A DNA stretch of 64,000 nucleotides from Chiloscyllium plagiosum (Eukaryota). A program made the translations under genes and the position numbers. Below are positions 1 to 11,495 of this stretch, piece by piece. Under the pieces are notes generated by a model, which saw nothing but the letters and a program-made list of their open reading frames with translations, searched no databases and had not been told where the DNA came from. The stretch spans positions 54,151,926-54,215,925 of the forward strand of contig NC_057719.1 in the NCBI RefSeq assembly GCF_004010195.1, written 5' to 3'. The first letter of the stretch is position 1. Every line of letters starts with the position of its first letter.

Positions 1-368
1 GCCACACATGCAGATGACAAGCAACATGAATTCGACTGGGACAACACCACTATTATAGGACAAGCCAAACAGAGAACATCCAGGGAATTCCTAGAGGCAT
101 GGCACTTATCCACAGATTCTATCAACAAACACATCGACCTGGACCCAATATACCGGCCACTGCAGCGGACAGCTGGAACTGACAACCGGAAGCGGCAGAT
201 TCAAACCACTATAAATGCCGGAGGAAACATCACAGAAGTGCTTCATAAGAGACTCCCAAGCACTGAGGATGTCACCTAGACAGGGGACGAAACGTCTGCA
301 ACACAAATTCCCAGCTCGGCGAACAGAACCACAACAACGAGCACCCGAGCTACAAATCTTCTCACAAA
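1..368 (+). mobile_element. Penelope-like element (Poseidon-type), 3' end: GIY-YIG C-terminus and pLTR tail
   Basis: Encodes ...HADDKQHEFDWDNTTIIGQAKQR..EFLEAW. Near-identical to 61730-62097 and to the reverse complement of 47076-47440. Contains a hammerhead motif at 260-299. Confidence 0.9.
260..299 (+). ncRNA. Minimal hammerhead ribozyme motif (Poseidon-type pLTR)
   Basis: GCA-CTGAGGA-T-GTCACCT(AGAC)AGGGGAC-GAAAC-GTC-TGC: CUGANGA and GAAA cores, stem II hairpin, palindromic ACGT stem III, GUC cleavage triplet, GCA/TGC stem I. Confidence 0.8.
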
Positions 369-849
369 TTTTATGTCTTGCAGTTCTGCAAGCCTTCCCA
401 TGATCTCGAAGGGGAAATGCCCAGCTCTCCAGAAGTCCACTCCGCTGAACGCAGAATCATAGAGGCATCAGAGAAAAGCTCAGCAAATCTGCTGCCTGCA
501 CATACCACTCAGACACTTTCAAATTGGGAGAAGCCTTTGGCATAGAGAGCGCATACACAATCCTGAAAGAATACGATCCCTTCCCACACATGGTGCAAGC
601 AGGGTTATCTGCCAGGCTTGACCCCACCCCTGAGCTTCTCTCAAAATCAAAGCAGTGTGGGTAGTTACTGGTCACTTGAGGACCTTATTTGGAGCAGAGA
701 AAGGTGAACCAACCACCTTTGGAAATCAATGTGACCCCTTGCCTGAAACCCTGCCAGCTGGGAATTGCAAAATGCTGCAATTGATAAACTTTTATATATT
801 AAAAATAGCTAGGGCATCCATTAGTTTCACAGTTATCACTGCATAAATA

Positions 850-1083
850 TTTCTCAGAACACAGGGTGGTGCTTGTATGGAACAAGCTGCCAGAGGAAAT
901 AGTCAAGGCTGGTACAATTACCACATTTAAAATGTATCTGGACAGGTACTTAAGTAGGAAGGGTTTAGAGGGATATTGGCCAAATGCTAGCGAATGAGAC
1001 TAGATTAGTTTAGGATATCTAGTCGGCATGGACAAGTTGGGCCGAAGGGTTGGTTTCTATGCTGTACATTTCTATGACTCTAC
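850..1083 (+). mobile_element. CR1-clade (HER1-like) LINE 3' fragment
   Basis: Matches the 3' end of the CR1 copy at 52840-52875 plus 53587-53770 (QRVV..WN.LPEE motif) and ends in the ctatgactcta tail. Confidence 0.8.
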
Positions 1084-2041
1084 AAAAATCTATTTATCAG
1101 CTGCAAGTCATATCAATGGTTAGCAAGAAATCCCAGAGCTATTGTTTACAGCTTGAATTTTACTGCTTAAAAATTAGCATTTCAGAAAGGGGACTTTATT
1201 GGAACAGTTGGAGTGGGTGCCTTCTGAGATGGGATAGTACAGTAGCACAATATTTTAACACTGGTTGTGGCAGAAGAAAGGAATGTTGTTACATTCATTG
1301 ACTTGATACAGAGTCTTCTAAACATTCTATATAGTGAATAAGTGAGATAATTCACCCTTGGATTTCATTGAATTTGATTTTCCATTTGAAATTCTCATAA
1401 CTAAATGTTCTCAGTTCTCATTGCTGCAGTTATACTCTTATCACACAATAGATTTTATAATTCTAATAGATTGATTTCAAAAAATTAAATAGATTCTGTC
1501 ATTTAATTGGTTCGCATTTCACATATTGTTGTCTTGGAAGAGTTTATTATTTGGAAAAACTTTCCTACTATATTTAAAACAGAGCTTTTAAATATGATGC
1601 GATGAATATTAATTTTTGAGAAAAGATAGAAACAGACCCCTTCCTTTTTCTGTTCTGCAATCAGATAGATAAACACAACTGAGCTTGTTACACAAAATGC
1701 TCATATCATTAAAAGTACTCTGTCATAGATTCTTCAGAGGTAACTTGTCAACCTGAGTATCATAGACCGTCATCCTTCAAGTTAAAGAATGCAATTCTGG
1801 CGAGAACAGGTTTCAAACACAAGGAGACATAAGTCATTCACAACAGTTACTGGAAGTGGCCTTTCACCAGCACTTTCACCCTCAGATCTTGTTTCGAGTT
1901 GTAAACAGTTATAATCATATAATGATAAACAAGTGAGCATTGGAAGAGGTTAGCTTGTTTATTCTGTCAACTATATGTGTAAATTAAAACTCTGGCTTAC
2001 AGCAGAAAATAAAAATTATGTAGCAACTTATTGTTGTTAGG

Positions 2042-2260
2042 AAAAAGTCAGCTGGTCTGGAAGTATCTGTGGAGAGACATTGGAAGTAACATTTCAGGTT
2101 GAGTGACCCTTCTTCAGAATGATTCTGAAGAAGGGTCACTAGACCCTAAATGTTAACTCTGATTTCTCTCCTTAAATGCTCCCAGACTTGCTGACTTTTT
2201 CCAGCAGTTTCTGTTTTTGTTTTTGATTTCCAGCATCTGCGGTTCCTTTGTTTTTTTTAC
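2042..2260. mobile_element. Short non-coding Penelope-pLTR hairpin element with degenerate hammerheads on both strands
   Basis: Inverted arms centred on gtgacccttcttcagaat-g-attctgaagaagggtcac. Ends in a ccagcatctgc tail shared with other pLTRs. Flanked by cttattgttgttagg (2027-2041) and ctcattgctgttagg (2261-2275). Confidence 0.7.
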
Positions 2261-2397
2261 CTCATTGCTGTTAGGGTTTGGTGTTGTCACCCTTTGGAGC
2301 AAAATTCATGTGACTCATGTCAAGACTGTGTCATTGCATTTTCTGCCTTTTTGATTGTGGGTTGAAATTGAAAATGGACAGTTTTAAAACTAAGATG

Positions 2398-2750
2398 GAA
2401 ATGTGTTGCTGGAAAAGCGCAGCAGGTCAGGCAGCATCTAGGGAACAGGAGAATCGACGTTTCGGGCATTAGCCCTTCTTCAGGAATGAGGAAAGTTGGT
2501 CCGGCAGGCTAAGATAAAAGATAGGGAGGAGGGACTTGGGAGAGGGGCGTCGGAAATGTGATAGGTGGAAAGAGGTCAAGGTGAGGGTGATAGGTCAGAC
2601 TGGGGTGGGGGCGGAGAGGGCGGGAAGAAGATTGCAGGTTAGGAAGGCGGTGCTGAATTCGATGGATTTGACTGAGACAAGGTGGGGGGAGGGGAAATGA
2701 GGAAACTGGTGAAACCCGAGTTCATCCCTTGTGGTTGGAGGATTCCTAGG
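2398..2750 (-). mobile_element. Penelope-like element (Neptune-type), 3' fragment with pLTR
   Basis: Reverse complement closely matches 22305-22660. Intact hammerhead core at 2452-2487. Confidence 0.88.
2452..2487 (-). ncRNA. Minimal hammerhead ribozyme motif (Neptune-type pLTR)
   Basis: Minus strand reads ATTC-CTGAAGA-A-GGGC(TAAT)GCCC-GAAAC-GTC-GATT. Confidence 0.8.
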
Positions 2751-3608
2751 TTACTGAAACTTAACTGTTATTTTGGTCAAGCAATTAAGGAAGCTGTTCA
2801 TGGATCACCCGCCTCCAGGGGTATATATGCAGACAACGATTTGGCTGATAACAATTAGCCAACTTTTTATCAATTGTGACCAGTTGTGGATGTTAAAGGT
2901 CACCAACTAGATGATAAGTCTGTGTTTGGTTCCTGGGTAGCTGAAGAGCTTATGCATGTGAAAGATATAATGAGATGCCAGGAAGATGAGATTATGTGTC
3001 TCCCATCATGCAGTAAAAGTAACTGAAGCCTGAAAAAAGCCAATTAATTTCACTGTAACCTGTGAATACATAAAAGTAAACAAAGAGTGTAAAATGGTTC
3101 TTAAAAGAATAAGGCTGACTCTTGGACAAGTTTGCATTAGGGATGCTAGAAACCAAGAAGATTTGTAACCTAGTAAAAATTTAACAGTCTGTAAAAATGT
3201 ATGTGTAAACTCTCAATATCCAGAAATAGAGAGAAATACATATCAAGCTATGGTAGCAGTACATCAATTAATAGTGAAAATGTGTGAACTGTAAGCTGTT
3301 TCCCTAAACCAGTAATTAAGCAACTTTGTAGTTAGTGTATGAATCACCCTGCTCCTCTTGTGAAGAAATTAAGAAATCAGCAGAAAAGCGATTGAAGGAC
3401 AAAAGCTCCCAGGAAGTCAAAAGGATCATCCCAGCAAACATTATGGACTGGTGCTATTGGAGTGTGAAATCCAGTTTTTCATTCCTTCCATGCATAAGAT
3501 CAATTTGGTGGGTGAGTGTGAGTGTGTGTGTCCATATTTTGATAGTTCATAGCTATTTACTTCATAGCTACTTAGGACTATTTTGAAGTAAACAGTAGTC
3601 CTTATGTA

Positions 3609-4276
3609 TGTTACGACATGGCGGTGAAACCAAACACCCTGAAAAGCTCACCTCACCCCATAATCTGTTAAAGTATGAGTGACAGAGCACTCTCAAATTC
3701 CACTATGTAAAGAAAAAATATCAATTCATTCTTTAACTCTAAAAATGAGCATTAAACAACATCCATTTACAACTCTCAGTCTCCTTTTCCTTAAATGTTT
3801 GTTTAACATATAACTATAACAACATACTGTTCTGATAAAAGCCCGTGTTAAAATTACATCAACTTAATTTCAAAACCACACAGCTGTCAGTGTCTGCCTT
3901 CCTCTGGCTGTAGATCTCCCTGGATCATCTTTGGCGTTTTACTGTAAAGATGTTTCATATGAAAAAGGTACTTTTGATAAAGAGTGTGTTGATGGTACTT
4001 ACTCTGGCAATAGCAGTTGGTCTTACTGTTTAACTGTCAAAATGTCTACTTCTTTATGCCCCCCAGAATCGGATCATCTCATTGGTTTTATTTTGACAAA
4101 ATAATAAATTCAAATCAATTTGCATTTAGTATCCTGGGGCATAATTTAAAATGATTGGTTCAATTTGAATGGTTGTCAAAACAGCAAACAAAACTCAGGT
4201 ATTTGTTTCACAGCCAAATGTTACATATTTTCAATTTTTTCAGGACACTCTGAGACTGCTAGTCAGTCACATGACA
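3609..4276. mobile_element. Probable solo LTR
   Basis: About 670 bp non-coding unit bounded by TGTTA...TGACA. No convincing TSD. Confidence 0.45.
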
Positions 4277-4392
4277 GATGCTTGCAAGCTCTCAGTGCAA
4301 AACAACTTTCAATCTCTCAAAGGTACAGTACTTGCCTTCAACTTCATAACCTTTGTGGGCGGCAAGGTGGCAGTGGGCAGCACGGTGGTTGT

Positions 4393-4740
4393 GGGCGGCA
4401 CGGTGGCACAGTGGTTAGCACTGCTGCCTCACTGCTCCAGAGACCCGGGTTCAATTCCCGCCTCAGGCGACTGACTGTGTGGAGTTTGCATGTTCTCCCC
4501 GTGTCTGCGTGGGTTTCCTCTGGGTGCTCCGGTTTCCTCCCACAGTCCAAAGATGTGCAGATCAGGTGAAAGATATAATGAGATGCTGCCTGATCTGCTG
4601 TGCTTTTCCAGCACCATGCAAAATTGCCCGTAGTGTTAGGTAAGGGGTAAATGTAGGGGTATGGGTGGGTTGCGCTTCGGCGGGGCAGTGTGGACTTGTT
4701 GGGCTGAAGGGCCTGTTTCCACACTGTAAGTAATCTAATT
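4393..4740 (+). mobile_element. tRNA-derived SINE (HE1/V-SINE-like)
   Basis: Head gggcggcacggtggcacagtgg (A box), B box ggttcaattcc, central tgcgtgggtttcctc..gtgctccggtttcctcccacag domain, CR1-like tail. Near-identical to 61237-61450 apart from an insertion at 4571-4613. Confidence 0.9.
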
Positions 4741-5353
4741 CAAACATAAAGTACAGGAACGTGTTTTTTCTGCTAACTTGATTCCAATAGATTGGTAAAT
4801 CAGGGACTTTGTGCACTTTGATTAGATCATGAACTTTTGTGGTGACCTTGGGAGTTATTAGCCTTGAGAATCAACTTCCATTCTGAAGCAGGGAATTAAC
4901 ATTCATCATTGAACCCAATGAAAAGACACTGAGAATAAGTAGACATGTGCCAGACATGAATTCTAGACATGTTCACACATTTTCACCATTGATTGACATA
5001 CTGCTACCATAGCTTGATATGTATGTCACTCTATTCCTGGATATTGGTTGTTTACACATACATTTTTACAGACTATTCAATTTTTACTAGGTTACAAATC
5101 TTCTTGGTCTCTAGCATCCCTAATTCAAACTTGTCCAAGAGTCAGGCTTATTCTTTTAAGGACCATTTTACACTCTTTGTTTACTTTTATTTATTCACAG
5201 GTTACTAAATACATCTTTCCAGTGTAATGTAAGTCCTGCCCTTTTTCATGCTTCTCTCTGGGATCATCTGACACTCAACTCTTCTCTGTTGATGTCAGTG
5301 TAACAATGTCACTTGCATCATCATCTGTTAGTGAAGAATTGCAACATTTCACA

Positions 5354-5555
5354 CACACAACACCAGGTTATAGTCCAACAGGTTTAATTGGAAGCACTAG
5401 CTTTTGGACTGCTGCTCCTTCATCAGGACAACCACGTGATAAAGGAGCAGTGCTCCAAAAGCTAGTGCTTCCAATTAAACCTGTTGGACTATAACCTGGT
5501 GTTGTGTGATTTTAACTTTGTACACCCGAGTCCAACACTGGCATCTCCATATCAT
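5354..5555. mobile_element. Short non-coding hairpin element with a third family of (decayed) hammerhead motifs on both strands
   Basis: Long inverted repeat 5354-5426 / 5435-5508 plus a 47-bp tail. Minus arm reads CTGATGA-A-GGAGCAGCAGTCC-AAAAGCTAG, i.e. GAAA core changed to AAAA, with an AGCT palindromic stem III. Confidence 0.7.
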
Positions 5556-5789
5556 AATATTTGACTCATTGGTTTTATATTAAATCTTCCATTAAAGTCA
5601 CAATGAAGCTTGCAATGTTCAATTATCCTTCGAACCATGTTTTTTTCTTTCCTGTAATATTGAGCTGTCTGGAACCTGCTATTGTAAGAATGAAAAATAA
5701 TTCACTCATGAATCTGAGACCACAAACCACAAAGGTGTAAGGTATCTGACTGCCAAAGGGAGAGTAATAGTAGACTTCATTTATAGGTA

Positions 5790-6915
5790 GGTGAAAGTGA
5801 GGACAGCAGATGCTGGAGATTAGAGTCAAGAGTGTGGTGCTGGAAAAGCACAGCAGATCAGGCAGCATCTGAGGAGCAGAAAAATTGATGTTTCGGGCAA
5901 AAGCTGTGATAGGTAGATGAAGATGGGAGTGAAGGATATAGGTCAGAGGAGAGGGTAGAACGGATAGGTGGGAAGGAAGATGGACAGGTAGCACATGTCA
6001 TGAGGGTGGTGCCAAGTTGGAAGGTTGGATCTGGGATAAGGTGGGGGGTAGAGGAAATGAGGAAACTGGTGAAATCCACATTGATGCCATGGGTTTGGAG
6101 GGTTTGGAGGCAGAAAATGAGTCAGTCTTCCTCCAGGCATCGGGTGGTTAGGGAGTGGCGATGGAGGAGGCCCAGTACCTGCATGTCCTTGGCGGAGTGG
6201 GAGGGGAGTTGAAATGTTCAGCAACAGGGCGGTGAGGTTCTTTGGCACGGGTGTCCCAGAGATGTTCTCTGAAGCACTCTGCAAGTAGGTGTCCTCTGTC
6301 CCCAATGTAGAGGAGACCACATTGGGAGCAACGGATACAGTAATTGACATGTGCAGAAGTGCAGGTGAAACTTTGATCGATGTGGAAGGCTCCTTTGGGG
6401 CCTTGGACGAAGGTGAGGGGGGAAGTGTGGGCACAGGTTTTGCAGTTCCTGTGATGTCAGAGGAAGGTGCCGGGAAGGGGAGGGTGGCATGATGGGCGTG
6501 TGTGGATTGGATGAGGGAGCTGCGGAGGGAACAGTTTTTATGGAAAGTGGGTAGGGGTGGGGAGGGAAATATATGTCTGGTGGTGGGGTCCATTTGTAGG
6601 TGGAGGAAATGGCAGAGGATGATGCAATGCATCTGGAGGTTGGTGAGGTGGAAGGTGAGGACCAGGGAGGATTCTATCCTTGTTGCGGTTGGACGGGTGA
6701 GGTTCAAGCGTGGAGGTGCGGGAAATGGATGAGATGCACTGGAAGGCATCATTGACCATGTGGGAGGGGAAATTGCGGTATTTAAAGGAGGAGGCCATCT
6801 GGTGCGGTCTGTGGTGGAACTGGTCCTCCTGGGAACAAATGAGGGGGAGGCAGAGGAATTAGTAATAAGGGATAGCATTTTTACAGGAGGCAGGGTGGGA
6901 GGAGGTGTAGTCCAG
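5790..6915 (-). mobile_element. Penelope-like element (Neptune-type), decayed RT C-terminus, GIY-YIG and pLTR
   Basis: Minus frames give LVLTFHLTNLQMHCIILCHFLHLQMDPTT, homologous to 21490-22690. Frameshifted. Confidence 0.9.
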
Positions 6916-9900
6916 CTCTTCATTTATTTGTATATTGTTGTATGTTGTGTAATTAACCAGAAAAACCTTGCTTGCAGTCTGTTTAATGTGTTCAGTGTAC
7001 CAGGTTTAATTGGACTCATTTTAGTTACATTTGAAAACTCACAAGGACGTGTCCACTTCTGATGTTATAGTTGGACTGCTTAAAGTAATTTAACATCAAA
7101 TTATTCATTTTCCATATTTCCTGATCTCCAGTTTGACTAATTTAATGTTAAATTGTCTCTTGCTGTTTCCTCTTCCTTTAAATCTTGTTTACTCCTGGTG
7201 GTTAAATCCCATCAGGCTGTCCTTCGACAATTTCACCTGGCAAAATATCTAACTCTTTCTTATGAGACTGTCATTTAATTCAATTTTAGATTAGATCGTG
7301 GACTATTTCCTCTTTGTTTGTCATTGCAAACACTAAATGTAATTTAATGCTCTCACCTTGAGTTGCTCAGGTAAATTCTCTTGCTTGAAGTTTTGAGGTC
7401 ACTGTCCTGTTTAACTGAAATTAGACAAAACATCACAAAAGCTTGTAAAATTTTCTGTGCAATTTACATTCACTGCATATCGAGCTGTAAAAAAAAACAG
7501 TGCATTGGAACATCAACCCACACAAAAAACCGGGTCATGACCCAGAGTAATTTAATCACAATTTCACACTTCACAATTGAAAATATTTTGAGGTTCTTCT
7601 AGTTAAGCTATTTTAATCGTCATAAGTTTTCTTTTCAAATTACAAAGAAACTGAGTGCAAAGTACCTGTGTAACTACTATGTTTTTCGATGTAACTATCT
7701 AAAATTAGTTTCAGTTACTTAAATTGGGTTTAGCCACAGGCAATGAATTAAACACTGCTTAATAAGCTTACTTTTAAGATAATCTTATTTTCAGCTCTAC
7801 TAATAAAACTGAACCGTTACTGAACCGATAAGCGTATCAAGGAATATTTTTAAGGCAGAAACGAAAATCCTAAAGCACTGCCCAGTTGCAGTGGTGCATG
7901 ACAGGTTTCTACTCAAGACATGCAAGTTAGTTTTAGGACAATTCAGAGGAAACAAAATTCAAAACTAGCACAATTTTGATTTACAATTCCTGTCTGGATC
8001 ATTGCTTGTCCCAAGTGGAAGCTCCTGTCTGCTTTGACTTAACCTATTTCACCTGCCAACTGATCCTACAGTCAATCTATGTTTTGGCAAAAATCATTAT
8101 CGAGGAAACATGCTGATTGTCAGGCATAAGCATATATAACAAATGTGCTAAACAGCAAAATCCTTTGGTCAATTCTGGAGCAAGATGTCTTAATGCACGA
8201 GAGGCAACTGTGCTTGTAGATAAAATTGTAAACAGAATTGCAATTTTCCATCATCAATTTATCTTTGTTGCTTCTTATTGAACTGGCTGAATTTATAAAA
8301 TGATCAAGTAATGGAGCAAAGCACAAAAAGTTATATACTAAGAAATTCTTTGCTAATCACACATTGTAATGGAGAATCATTATTTTATTTATCCAATTGA
8401 CATTCTACTGCAGAAACATACAACGGTTGGTACTTGTGTCAAACCACCGAACCAGTGGGTTACATAAAACTGAAAAAAAAATCAATTCACTCAAGGTAAC
8501 ATACACAATGGATAGGAATTCAAATTCTCATAAGTGATAATGGCAAAGTGCCTCAGATAAGGAAGTGAAAATGTTTATACAGAGTCACACTTGGCTGCTT
8601 CTTATAGGTACATTCTTCAGTTGGCCAACATTTCAGTACAATTTATCAAGATGAATTGATGCATTACTGGAAATAACAGATACAAATCAGTGGAGTTTCA
8701 CCTTAGTTGCACTCCTGAGTCAGTATGAACAGACTATGCTCAACATGGTGATGTCAGAGAAGAGAGGCTAGTTTGGTTAAGATTGGGGTTAGATAAGAGG
8801 TTAGCTGTGGTGAAATCAAATGACTCTCCAAGTTCAGCCTTTGTGCCATCCCATTATTTATGTGTTTGTGCAAAATCATCCAAAAGAGTGTCACTTAAAG
8901 GTTCAGCACACATGTTTGCTTTCAATGTTTGTGCTATTTTCGGCTGCAGTTTTCCACAGGCTTTGGGACCTTGGCAGCAGGGTTAAGTGGAGGCCCTGAG
9001 CATACAGTTGCCAGCAGTTAAACCTTTCAGGAGGAATTCTCCTAATTGGCCACTCCTTTGTTGACCAATCTGTTAAGAATGATAAGCAGGTTATTGAGGT
9101 TGCAGGACCAATCAGACAGCAGGCAGTTTTGGAGATTTAGTGTCCTATCAGAAAAGGTAGGCACTCTTTAGGCAGGTCTGAGTCTGTGAAAATGCCTGAA
9201 TACAGCCTATAGACAAGAGGCAAAAAAGGCAAAATCTAGGATGGCTGGTCCATAGAGATAGAGTAGCAATATTTTAATAAGTCAATTTGAAAGTCCATGC
9301 ATGGATTTATTGGCATTTGCTTTGAAGGAATCAATTAAATTAGTCAAATGTAAGCAATTATATGAAACAAAACCAAGGGCAAAAAATGTCTATGTTGTTA
9401 CACAAGCACAGGCACTATGATTTATGACTAACACTCGTCTATCTTGCTGGAGATAGGTAACTCACAACTTTAGTGCTTCTACTTCATTTACCCTGATTGT
9501 AGCTTAGGGCTGAACATCTTCCATCTGCAGACTGCCTCTGTATTCAGCAGGGAAGTGAGCAGCATGTATTAACAGCACATGGCACAGTCAGAACTCTGCT
9601 CTGAAAAACAATCTCTCCCTTTTAAGGTAAAGCTGCATTTGATGACAGCATGCAGTTGATGCATACTGCTGCTGGAATGATAAACAAGGAAAACTGAGCA
9701 CATGGGCGTAGAGTGAGCTCCAGTCTCCATGATGCTTCATTCAGCCAGAATCTTTATCAGGAGCAAGTCATTCCTAAGATTATAACTGAAGTTATACACC
9801 ATTTCAACTTTCTCTCCTTTTATGCCATTTTCCAATTATAATTCATTATTTTAGTGTTGCTGATGTATAGAAAATATATGTAACTTGGAGATAGGAAAAG

Positions 9901-10349
9901 TTTCACATTGGTGAGATTATTGCCAGCTGACCATATTGTATTTATGGGTTGCCTGTTAATGAGTCTCCTGGCAGAACACTGTTGTGCTTAGTAGTGCTCT
10001 GACTCAAAAAAAGCAGTGACTGACAAGTCAGACCAGCTCTACAGTTCAGCAATACCTGCCTGAATGGGAGGTGTCTTTCCTGAAGATGGAAACAGAAGGC
10101 CATCCCACCAGAACAATGACCAGCCTGAGAGGGCATGGCTGAGGAGGTGAGCAACTATGGGATCATGGTCCAGTGCATGAAACATGTCTCTACTGTGGAC
10201 CTGCTCTGATCCACCAGGCTATGAGCCAGTGTCACGTCTTCTACGGTGGTTAATAACATGTGTACAAGTAGGCAGCTATGTCAGAAGAGTAAATATGTGA
10301 TCAGGCTTAGGACCAGTTGATGATTCGATTTTGTGGTGGTTGTAGATAA

Positions 10350-11170
10350 GGTTTTAAGCTAAATATTGGCGGGATGGGTTCAGTCGCATGGAAAATTATA
10401 AAATCAAAGGTAAAGGAGAAGGTAGAATTGCTGGTTCGTGATGGGGTTGATTGTTCCTAGAAACTAAAAGGAAGGAACAGAATGTGTGAATGTCATATTG
10501 TACCAAGCAACCATAAAAATGTAAGGAAACTCAACAATAGAACAAACTGAAAGGCTTTGCATCTTAACGCATGAAGCATTTGGAATAAGGTAGATGAACT
10601 GATGGTGCAAGTCATGGTAAATAGAGGTCACAAGGATTTTAAACTAATTCAAGTGGGAGGGAGCTCAGGGGAGGTTGAAGTTTCAGGAACAAGTAATAGA
10701 TACAGAGTATAGAAAGGCTCAGAAATCTAAATTCAGGTACAGCAGATCAAGGAATAACTATGAGAAGGGGGCAACAGTCAACACAGGACTGAAAGTGTTG
10801 TACTTAAATGTGTGAAATTTACAAAACAAGGTAAATGAGCTTGTAGTGCAGGTTGAAATTGCTGGCTGCAATGTTGTGGGTATAGCAGAGATATGGTTGC
10901 AAGGAGATCAGGCTGGGAACTAAGTACCCTAGGATCCAAGTCCTTTCAACAGAACAGGCAAATGGACTGATGGTGTAGGGTTGCCTTGTTAGTGAAAAAT
11001 GACATTAAATCGATAGCAAGAAGGGAAATAGAATCAGCAGGCATGGAATCTGAGGGATAGGTTGAGGAACTACAAAGAAAAACAAGACCCTGATGGGAGT
11101 TATGTACAGGCCTACCGCATTATCAGAATGTTGGCCAGAAAATAAACCAGGAGATGGGAAAGGCATGTAA
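10350..11170 (+). mobile_element. CR1-clade LINE fragment, start of ORF2 endonuclease domain
   Basis: About 10789-10910 reads LKVLYLNV*NLQNKVNELVVQVEIAGCNVVGIAEIWLQGDQ, the APE N-terminal motif. GVMYRP near 11095. Confidence 0.75.
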
Positions 11171-11171
11171 G

Positions 11172-11495
11172 CATCATAGGATGCCTACAGCATGGAAACA
11201 GGCCATTTGGCCAAATGAGTCCACACTGACCCTCCAACAAGTAAACTACCCAGACCCATTCCCCTATTTTATTGCTCTACATTTACCCCTGACTAATGCA
11301 CCTAACCTACACATCCCTGAATACTATGCATAATTTAGCATGGCCAATCCACCTAACCTGCACATACTTGGACTGTGGGAGGAAACCCACACAGACACAG
11401 GAGATTGTGCAAACTCCACACAGCCAATCACCTGAGGCTGGAATTTAACCCAGGTCCCTGGCACTGTGAGGCAGCATTGAGCCACTGTGCCACCC
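11172..11495 (-). mobile_element. tRNA-derived SINE (HE1-like)
   Basis: Homologous to the SINEs at 41655-41963 and 42319-42628. Confidence 0.85.

Larger units (their letters stand above)
3055..5205. repeat. Inverted duplication of about 235 bp (3055-3289 vs 4971-5205)
   Basis: gtaacctgtgaatacataaaagtaaacaaagagtg...aaaatgtgtgaac is the reverse complement, with scattered substitutions, of gttcacacattttc...ttattcacaggttac. Confidence 0.9.

Noticed and set aside
4393..4465. tRNA gene
   Set aside because: A and B boxes are present but run into a SINE body found many times in the window, so this is a tRNA-derived SINE head.
5943..6923. 326-aa Pro/Ser/Thr-rich ORF as a mucin-like host gene
   Set aside because: It is a frameshifted, mostly off-frame reading of a C-rich Neptune-type Penelope copy.
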